From Paraspadella gotoi (Eukaryota > Animalia > Chaetognatha), in contig JBJCIZ010000515.1 of assembly GCA_051294375.1 (NCBI GenBank), positions 1-6,961 on the forward strand: 6,961 nucleotides of DNA, in the 5' to 3' direction. The position numbers and the translations under genes were made by a program. Below are positions 1 to 6,961 of the stretch, in pieces. Under the pieces are notes generated by a model. It did not search any database. It had not been told where the DNA came from and saw only the letters and a list, made by a program, of their open reading frames with translations. The first letter of the stretch is position 1. Each line of letters opens with the position of its first letter.

Positions 1-229
1 TTAAAGAAGCAAACATTAAAATTTATAATTTATGCAGACGACTTTTTTAAAAAAAAATCTTAATCAAGTAGTTTTTATATATTGGTGCACTATTGTAACA
101 AAGTACAGCATGGCTCAAACAATCACATTTTAATTCTATTGGACAGCACATATATTTTAAATATAATCGGAATAGTTGGTATTTTGGCTCTGCACAACTT
201 AAAGATGCTGTGTTTTCATGTGAAAAACA

Positions 230-393
230 AGAAGAGGGGGAGAGAGACGAGAAAGCAGAGGTATGAGAAGCAACGCAGAGGATAAAGAGAGAGAGAGGAG
301 ACTGAAGAAGCATACCGAAATGCGAAAGCATATTCGGATCTCGAATCAATTCCGCCAGGGAGATGAGAGAGAGAGAGAGATGAAGAGAGAGAG
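230..393 (+). repeat. Imperfect (GA)n purine-rich low-complexity tract
   Basis: Interrupted gagagaga runs; counterpart of 2507-2710. Confidence 0.85.
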
Positions 394-592
394 TCTAACT
401 TCCTCCCGTCGACCGACTATTTTCTTCATTCTCGTAATTAATTTTATTTTAATTTAATTTAACCTTAGATCCCGAACAAAAAAAACCTTTTCGATGACCG
501 GTCGGTTGGTGGCTCGGTCGGGTCGATCGGTCGATCGACGATTTAAGAAATGGGGCCATGTTTATTACAAGAAAACCCGAAGAATTTAAGGA

Positions 593-900
593 NNNNNNNN
601 NNNNNNNNNNNNNNNNNNNNNNNNNNNNNNNNNNNNNNNNNNNNNNNNNNNNNNNNNNNNNNNNNNNNNNNNNNNNNNNNNNNNNNNNNNNNNNNNNNNN
701 NNNNNNNNNNNNNNNNNNNNNNNNNNNNNNNNNNNNNNNNNNNNNNNNNNNNNNNNNNNNNNNNNNNNNNNNNNNNNNNNNNNNNNNNNNNNNNNNNNNN
801 NNNNNNNNNNNNNNNNNNNNNNNNNNNNNNNNNNNNNNNNNNNNNNNNNNNNNNNNNNNNNNNNNNNNNNNNNNNNNNNNNNNNNNNNNNNNNNNNNNNN
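593..900. other. N-run (308 N)
   Basis: Seen directly. The corresponding copy-B interval 2891-3195 is 305 bp. Confidence 0.99.
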
Positions 901-1015
901 TTATTCCAATCCATCGGTCTTATCACGAGTAATTCGAGTTTTTTGCTTTTGTATTCCGTTGTCGCTCATTTTGATGATAATTTGTAAATACATGTATAAA
1001 TAATTTTCTATTCCA

Positions 1016-1277
1016 NNNNNNNNNNNNNNNNNNNNNNNNNNNNNNNNNNNNNNNNNNNNNNNNNNNNNNNNNNNNNNNNNNNNNNNNNNNNNNNNNNNNN
1101 NNNNNNNNNNNNNNNNNNNNNNNNNNNNNNNNNNNNNNNNNNNNNNNNNNNNNNNNNNNNNNNNNNNNNNNNNNNNNNNNNNNNNNNNNNNNNNNNNNNN
1201 NNNNNNNNNNNNNNNNNNNNNNNNNNNNNNNNNNNNNNNNNNNNNNNNNNNNNNNNNNNNNNNNNNNNNNNNNNNNN
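1016..1277. other. N-run (262 N)
   Basis: Seen directly. The corresponding copy-B interval 3310-3562 is 253 bp. Confidence 0.99.
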
Positions 1278-2506
1278 TTTAGCATCTAAAGTCGGAAAAA
1301 GGGTAGTACATCATACAGTAATCTTTATGGTTTTAATCTATTAGGAAGTATCATAAGAAACCTCTCGTGCAATATCAGTTTTAGAGAGAGTCAATTTAAC
1401 ATTTCGATTTATCGTTCTGCTTCACAACCTTCCGCCTGTCTTAAGCCTCCAAAGCGCCCCATTTTACGAGTTGAAGAGAGAACGAAATACACGTTCGAAA
1501 CATGCTGCTATAAAATAAAAATTTCGTTATTGAAAATAAAAAAAATTATTTATTTCAATCTAAAAATGATTCATAAGGCTATCATCAACGAGAATTTTTA
1601 ATAATGATAGTCATTATTTTGTTTGTACAAGGAAAGTAGCAAACAATTGTTTTTTCTTATTGTAGCAGAAACAAAAAATTACATACATCTCAGGCAACAA
1701 AATCTCAGTGGTTTCATACCTAAAAATTATATGATCCATATTTTATTTTTGTGATTAAAATATATATTTTACTAAATTATAAATTTTATTTTACTGTTCA
1801 AAACTATTAATTTTTAGATTTAAGCATCATTAAAACAAAGGCCTTTACAAGACTAATATTTTTATATTAACTTTAGAAGCATAAAAACCAACATAAATTT
1901 TAGTTCTTTTTGAAAAAAATATATTGTAAATAACCATTATTAATATTTCATATTCATCCTTAAATATTTGATAACTTATGATTGATACTTTAGTTGATAC
2001 TTAATTATAATAAATTAAAATTTTAACAAAAGTATAATTCTTTTTCTTCTTTTTATATATATTATTTTAAAAGAAAGTTTAAACAAAAATCAGTCAATAC
2101 TTTAAACATTCTTTGATTCATTCTATTTTAAAAATTTTTGAGATAAAAATTATAAATTTGAAAAAGATTTACTTCTCACGATATTATTTAAGAAAATTAA
2201 GCAACCCTTGAATTATATCATAATTTTTTTAACTACTTTCCCAAATAGATTGCAGAAAAAAATTATATTGTTAACCAACTTAATTTAAAGAAGCCAAACA
2301 TTAAAATTTATAATTTATGCAGACGAGTCTTTTTTTAAAAAAAATCTAATCAAGTAGTTTTTTATATTTGGTCCATAACTTTGTACAAATTTTACAGCGT
2401 GGTCAAACAATACATTTAATCTTATGGCAGGCAAAAATATCTTAAATATAATCTGAAAGTGGTATTTTGGCCTGCACAACTTAAAGTTGCTGTGTTTTCA
2501 TTGAAA

Positions 2507-2710
2507 AAAGAGAGGGAGAGAGAGAGAAGAGAGAAGAGAGAGAGCAACCAGAGAGAACTCAGAGAAAGAGTGAGAGAGCAGAAGAGAAAGATCCGAAATG
2601 CGAAAGGGATTCGGATTCGAATCTCCGCAGGGAGAGAAGAGAGAGAAATGCGACGGGATTCGGGTTCGAATCATCCACGAAGAGAGACGAGAGAGAGAGA
2701 GAGAGAGAGA
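2507..2710 (+). repeat. Imperfect (GA)n tract with an embedded 2-copy ~50 bp tandem repeat
   Basis: GA runs at 2509-2544 and 2689-2710. Units gaaatgcgaaagggattcggattcgaatc (from 2595) and gaaatgcgacgggattcgggttcgaatc (from 2645). Confidence 0.9.
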
Positions 2711-2799
2711 TTAATTCCCCGTCGACGACATTTCTTCATTTCGTAATTTAATTTATTTATTACTTTTACCTTGACCGAACAAAAAAACCTTTCGAAGGA

Positions 2800-2840
2800 C
2801 GGTCGGTTGGTGGTCGGTCGGGTCGATCGGTCGATCGACG
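2800..2840. repeat. GGTC/GTCG/GATC short-unit CpG-rich tract ending in a perfect 10-bp palindrome GTCGATCGAC (2830-2839)
   Basis: cggtcggttggtggtcggtcgggtcgatcggtcgatcgacg; near-identical tract at about 499-540. Confidence 0.8.
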
Positions 2841-3052
2841 ATTTAAGAAATGGGCCTGTTTTATACAAGAAAACCCGAAGAATTTAAGGAAATTATTAGG
2901 ACAAGTCTTTACTCTTTGTAGTAGCATAAAGTGAATGGCGATTGATGGCATTTTTTTTATCTTTTGAATTACAGCGGGAAACAGAAAGTTATTTTTTACT
3001 ATGTCTTCTATTCTTTTTTACTCTGAGATTATTTTAAAATTTTAGTTGACGC

Positions 3053-3076
3053 GAGAGGAGAGAGAGAGAGAGAGAG
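3053..3076 (+). repeat. (GA)n microsatellite
   Basis: gagaggagagagagagagagagag. Confidence 0.9.
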
Positions 3077-3252
3077 GGGCAAACATAACTGATCATCACA
3101 AATCATAACATAATAAAAAATGATGATGATCGCACAATTTCATCAAAAACTTCATATCTAGCTTAATCACACACTTTCCTACCCACACACAAAATTTATT
3201 CCAATCCATCGTCTTATCACGAGTAATTCGAGTTTTTTGCTTTTGTATTCCG

Positions 3253-3358
3253 TTGTCGCTCATTTTTGAGATAATTTGTAAATACATGTATAAATAATTT
3301 TCTATTCCATCATTGTTCATTTTCGATGATAATTTGTAAATTATTGTACATATAATTT
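3253..3358 (+). repeat. Two-copy ~58 bp tandem repeat
   Basis: ttgtcgctcatttttgagataatttgtaaatacatgtataaataattt vs ttgttcattttcgatgataatttgtaaattattgtacatataattt. The core gataatttgtaaat is identical at 3270-3283 and 3328-3341. Confidence 0.8.
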
Positions 3359-3466
3359 AATCGCTAATGTTTTTATTTTTTACCTATTAAAACGATGGAG
3401 CGCCTATTCCAGTCGTCAGTTAACGTTGTTTTTTTGTTTTTTTTTCGATTCGTTTTCCTTGTCGTT

Positions 3467-3549
3467 GAGAGAGAGAGAGAGAGAAGAGAGAGAGAGACGA
3501 TCTAACGGATTTGAACGGTCTGCAAAGAGAGAGAGAGAGAGAGAGAGAG
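3467..3549 (+). repeat. Two (GA)n microsatellites separated by a ~30 bp spacer
   Basis: GA runs at about 3467-3497 and 3526-3549. Confidence 0.92.
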
Positions 3550-3816
3550 CCACTATCATCGATTTAGCATCTAAAGTCGGAAAAAGGGTAGTAACATCAT
3601 ACAGTAATCTTTATGGTTTTATCTATTAGGAAGTATCATAAGAAACCTCTCGTGCAATATCAGTTTTCAAAAATCAGTTCTGTCGGTACATATAGGGGTT
3701 TTCCTTATTTTTGACTCACTTTGTCGAGCTATAATCCAGCCAGCTTATGATATATTTCCATTTTTTTTAAATCATAGTTAGTAACTGGATATCTAGCATG
3801 GATTGAATTAAAATTA

Positions 3817-4077
3817 TTTAAAAACTGTTTACTGTATCTGAGATTTTAAAAATTACTGAGAAACTATATGGAACATGCGGAAACATGATCTTCTTATTTA
3901 ACTTAATTATNNNNNNNNNNNNNNNNNNNNNNNNNGATTGATTTTATAACGCACATGATATATTCGGGAGATCTTTCCGCAAACTTCCGCTTCATATGTA
4001 AATACCAAAATGTTTTTCAGAATTAATTTTTTATACCCCTTCTATAAGACTCTTTTACTAAGTAAACTGTTTTTAAA
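3817..4077. repeat. Degenerate inverted repeat around a 25-N gap (3911-3935)
   Basis: Nested reverse-complement pairs: 3817-3833 tttaaaaactgtttact with 4061-4077 agtaaactgtttttaaa (16/17), 3856-3864 with 4012-4020 (8/9), and 3876-3883 tgcggaaa with 3974-3981 tttccgca (8/8). Confidence 0.65.
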
Positions 4078-4228
4078 GGAGATATTCAACTGATAAACAA
4101 AACTGAATTATCTACGTTTTTAACCTTACTAAGTCCGTAAGTAAGATTTTTTTTTAAATTTAGGGAAAAAAAACCTGTAGAATGAAGGAGCAACTGCGCA
4201 TTTTTGTTAGTCAACCTTCATCACCCAT

Positions 4229-4382
4229 CTCTCTNNNNNNNNNNCTCTCTCCTGCCAGTCCTGGTCAGTTTTCTCTCTAATTATTATCATTATTCTCTCT
4301 CTATCTCTATCTCTCTTTCTTTCTCAGTGACCATAGCGGTTTTTATTTATAAAAGTGAGAGAGNNNNNNNNNNAGAGAGAAG
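4229..4382. repeat. (CT)n tracts followed by a (GA)n tract, with 10-N gaps at 4235-4244 and 4364-4373
   Basis: CT runs at 4229-4250 and 4294-4325, and a GA run at 4357-4380. Confidence 0.85.
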
Positions 4383-4616
4383 ACTCAAATTTATTTTTCA
4401 TTGAATAATTTTTTGCCAAAAAGTAGAATTTACCATGAAAAAAAAACTTCACGGCTTTAAAAAAGTTTGACTTGTTAAACCCACGTTAGTATCATAAACT
4501 TTATCACTTAACTGAATTAATGATTTTTTCTCTTTAAAAGTTTTGTTTTACTGTATTTGAGAGGCAAAAAAATTAGAGAAAGCTCAAGAAAAATCTGCTT
4601 AGCGTACGATTTCTCT

Positions 4617-4817
4617 TTAGAAACCGTAATAAAAAAGGAAAAGACATCTTTGTACTTTTTGGAAATATGAAAAAAAAATAACAAGGACTGGACTCAAGTT
4701 TTCCAAGTATAACACAATTATTAAGGTTTCTAATAATGTCATTAGTATAATTTTTCCGATTTTTGTGGTCACTTCGATCATAGTGGAGACGTTAATTCTC
4801 GTCGACTCGTCATCCAT
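4617..4817 (-). CDS. Possible small hydrophobic protein or first exon (66 aa, MDDESTRINVST...), function unknown
   Basis: The ATG lies within the repeated module and is followed by a hydrophobic stretch (IILMTLLETLIIVLYL). Such hydrophobicity is also expected by chance from T-rich sequence. Confidence 0.15.
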   Translation of the reverse strand: MDDESTRINVSTMIEVTTKIGKIILMTLLETLIIVLYLENLSPVLVIFFSYFQKVQRCLFLFYYGF

Positions 4818-4910
4818 AATTTAAACTTAAAACTTTTTTACCTAATCCAAAAAAAAAAAAAATGCTTCGAAGATCGTTCGCGCTCCAGTCGATCGGTTAC
4901 GAGACGATTC
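4757..4910 (+). repeat. Diverged third copy of the module at about 2657-2843 (and about 335-543)
   Basis: Colinear blocks TTAATTC, CGTCGAC, TAATTTAA, TTTTACCT, an A-tract, TTCGAAG, GTCGATCGGT and GACGATT at offsets 2066-2081. Confidence 0.75.
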
Positions 4911-5660
4911 CGCGATTGAAAAAATATGGAGAAAAAATTTATTTACGCACGCCAAATTTGTTCTTAAAAAAATCATTTATGGTAGTTAAACAACTTTTGA
5001 TTTATAATTTTGATAATATAAAAGAAAATTGACCCAACTTAATATTTTTTTCTTTATTATATATAAGTAATAGGGTGTATATATGCCTAAATATACAAAA
5101 GAAAAGAAATACAATTGTAAATTTCTGAAAGAAATCGAATTCTTTTTTATATTATTTTTGGTTAATGAAAAAAAATATTTTTAAATTTTCTCAAAAGGGC
5201 GGACAAATGCGGATGAGATTTAATTAATAACTGATATTAGAAAGATGTATCATTTTAGGAACTAATCTGGTTGATTGGAAATCGGTTGAAATTCGATGAG
5301 TTTTTACTATGCTTTTCATATCATACATAGTGACATAATATAAAAATATTTTTTTTATTTGTTAACAAACTAGGACAAAGAGCTTTAATCATAACAAAGT
5401 CATAATATTTTTCTCATCCAGCCATCCGGGTGAAACAAACCTCTCAAAGACTCACCCGAAATTGAGATTTCCTATATAACTTGAGAAAGAATAATTTTTG
5501 GAAACTGTTATCTTACATAAGACTTTGTACCATTAATAATGGAAAAGACTGAATATGCATTTATGCCCGTATGTTCAGATGGCTTTTTATCCGGTTTTAA
5601 TTTTTTTTATAACTGTGCCCCACCCTTTTCTCCTGGTTTTTTATAGAGAAATTAGCTTTT

Positions 5661-5674
5661 TTTATTTTTTTATT
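5661..5674 (-). terminator. Two AATAAA polyadenylation-signal-like hexamers
   Basis: tttatt on the + strand at 5661-5666 and 5669-5674, immediately after the minus-strand stops at 5683-5681 and 5672-5670. The AT-rich context makes chance occurrence plausible. Confidence 0.3.
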
Positions 5675-6363
5675 TTTTAGTTAACGATGGTGGTCGCGAG
5701 TAAGAGGCGACTTCGACGTCCGCGGCGAGTTCTTCTTCCTCCTCGTCGTACGTCCTCGGATCATTCGTCGTCGTCCTATGAGGAGAGCGTCTTCCTCCGT
5801 CCGTCTTTCTCTCCGCAACCCCCTCTCTTCTTCGTTGTCCTCTTCGTAATCGAGGGGCCCCGGTCGTCGTCGGTCGTCCTGTTCGTAATCAGGAGCCGGC
5901 TCGTTGACTGTCGTGGCGTCGGAAGGAAGAAGAGACCGGATTCCGGTTCTCCTTATCGGCTTCCCGATCCTATCCTGAGCCAGAACTTTCCCCGTCGTCG
6001 ACGAGCCACACTTCTCCGGATGCGTTTGGACGGTTCCGATTCCGGTAGGAGAAGCATGGGATCGGGAATCTTTCTTTTTTTCAGAGGGAGTAGACGTTCG
6101 ACCACCGATCTACGAAGCGATCCGGTTTAACGACGCGAGGGGGACGGAGATGAAGCGGGTCGAAGCGGAGAAGAATCGGCGGCCGCGGCGACGGATGATT
6201 TTTTCGCGCTCGCGATCGTGGTCGACGAGGTTGCAGAGAGAAAGATCGAGAGAGAGAAGAGAGAGAGACGGAATCGATCTTCCTTTCCCTCCTCCAGCTC
6301 TTCCTTCTCCTCCTTCTTCTTAGCGTCGGCGTGTCCTCGTCGGCCGACCATCGTCGACGTCAT
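5670..6363 (-). pseudogene. Possible frameshifted or error-broken gene for a charged low-complexity protein (K/E-rich start, Ser-rich part, PLKKRK, DYE repeats, acidic end)
   Basis: Includes ORF 6363-6127 and a stop-free frame 6109-5681 (…EPAPDYEQDDRRRPGPLDYEEDNEEER…). An alternative terminal frame …TYDEEEEELAADVEVASYSRPPSLTKK* ends with TAA at 5672-5670. No recognisable domain. Confidence 0.3.
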
Positions 6364-6961
6364 TCGTGCGCTAAAATCGGATCAATTTCCGTTAGCGACG
6401 ACCAGGGAATGGGTTTTTTTCGGTTGGTTAACGCGAGTCGAAAACCTTTTGGCCCATACGATAAACCGGCTCGAGGATGGGACGTCTCCTACCAATAGTA
6501 TTCACCAACCGGCCATCTACTTATTCTTGGTTTAGTTTTTTCCACAGTTTTAATTTGTATGACTGGGAGCATTTTACTCCTCGCTCCCCGCGTCGGTATT
6601 TTAAAGAACGCTTTAAAATTTTTTTTTGCGTTCTCCTCCGCGCGTTTTTTGTATTCGGCGTCGCGAGTCACGGTCGCGTGCTGTCGACTCTTGTGTTTTG
6701 TCTTCCGCCGGGCTATAAACGGGCAACTCAGTCGCCGGCCCACTACCACATTTTTAAAATTAAACGTCGACGGGCTTTTCCCGGCGGGGATTACGTACAT
6801 CGTCGTCGAAATTGCTCGACTTTCGTTCCGACCTGAAGAGAACGTTATTTTTTTTTTAATTTTCGCCCGACTTTTTGGGCCAATTTGATTAATTTAAAAT
6901 ATTTTAAGATTTTGAAGCGTCACCTCTTCTCTTCGATTCTGGCCGAGGAGGCCGGCGGTGG
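5681..6961. other. GC- and CpG-rich island with a sharp left boundary
   Basis: Abrupt change from T-rich sequence (up to 5680) to sequence dense in CG, TCG and CGA. Five GTCGAC sites at 5997, 6221, 6353, 6683 and 6766. Confidence 0.85.
5687..6130 (+). CDS. 147-aa Arg/Ser/Pro-rich ORF, probably an antisense shadow
   Basis: Longest N-free ORF in the window. It is preceded by a T-rich ...ttttttag acceptor-like site at 5680, but it is in codon register with the open minus frame and has no recognisable motif. Confidence 0.15.
   Translation: MVVASKRRLRRPRRVLLPPRRTSSDHSSSSYEESVFLRPSFSPQPPLFFVVLFVIEGPRSSSVVLFVIRSRLVDCRGVGRKKRPDSGSPYRLPDPILSQNFPRRRRATLLRMRLDGSDSGRRSMGSGIFLFFRGSRRSTTDLRSDPV

Larger units (their letters stand above)
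1..1382 (+). repeat. Copy A of a ~2.3 kb-period direct duplication (probably starts left of the window; interrupted by two N-runs)
   Basis: Base 1 (ttaaagaagcaaacattaaaatttataatttatgcagacg) aligns to 2285. 541-592 aligns to 2841-2890, 901-1015 to 3196-3309, and 1278-1382 to 3563-3667. Similarity stops after ...aatatcagtttt. Confidence 0.95.
2285..3667 (+). repeat. Copy B of the direct duplication (gap-free)
   Basis: Colinear with 1-1382 at offsets of about 2280-2315. The differences are mainly 1-2 bp indels. Confidence 0.95.

Noticed and set aside
47-349. 100-aa minus-strand ORF with several Cys
   Set aside because: Copy B has frameshifts and an earlier stop, and there is no recognisable domain.
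543-1285. ORFs of 120-145 aa in the track
   Set aside because: They are open only because they run through N-runs.
1500-2284. Extremely AT-rich stretch as origin, MAR or organellar insert
   Set aside because: Only composition supports it. There are no iterons, organellar gene fragments or other specific structure.
2600-2690. tRNA gene suggested by GGTTCGAATC
   Set aside because: No acceptor, D or anticodon stems. It is embedded in GA repeats.
2459-2746. Arg/Glu-rich ORF (also 82-285, 263-457 and 3426-3629)
   Set aside because: The ER/RE repeats are translations of (GA)n tracts, and the frames are not conserved between duplicate copies.
2595-3358. CRISPR-like array
   Set aside because: The repeats have only two copies, lack unique regular spacers, and have no cas genes nearby. 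The context is eukaryote-like.
5371-5390. taggacaaagagctttaatc similar to taggacaagtctttactc at about 2897
   Set aside because: The match is short and is not colinear with the module offset, so it may be chance.
6714-6733. TATAAA followed by a TCAGT initiator-like motif on the + strand
   Set aside because: The spacing of about 15 bp is too short for canonical TATA-Inr geometry, and there is no clear downstream gene.
6477-6888. Three overlapping ORFs of 103-119 aa
   Set aside because: They overlap each other on both strands in GC-rich sequence where stops are rarer. None has a motif or can be preferred.
5681-6961. rDNA or spacer identity for the GC-rich island
   Set aside because: No conserved 18S, 5.8S, 28S or 5S motifs are recognisable.

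Overview
This window looks like AT-rich eukaryotic draft-assembly sequence, not prokaryotic. It has (GA)n/(CT)n microsatellites, long A/T tracts, five N-runs and no dense gene packing. I recognise no protein family, RNA gene, CRISPR array or transposase. The dominant structure is a direct duplication with a period of about 2.3 kb (1-1382 vs 2285-3667). The copies differ mostly by small indels, so it may be a long-read or haplotype artefact. A much more diverged third copy of a CpG-rich module of about 150 bp sits at about 4757-4910, and a possible fourth remnant near 6352. On the minus strand these copies coincide with ATGs of short ORFs. A degenerate inverted repeat surrounds a 25-N gap (about 3817-4077). 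A GC/CpG-rich island at 5681-6961 may hold a frameshifted minus-strand gene for a charged low-complexity protein ending at AATAAA signals. All coding calls are low confidence.
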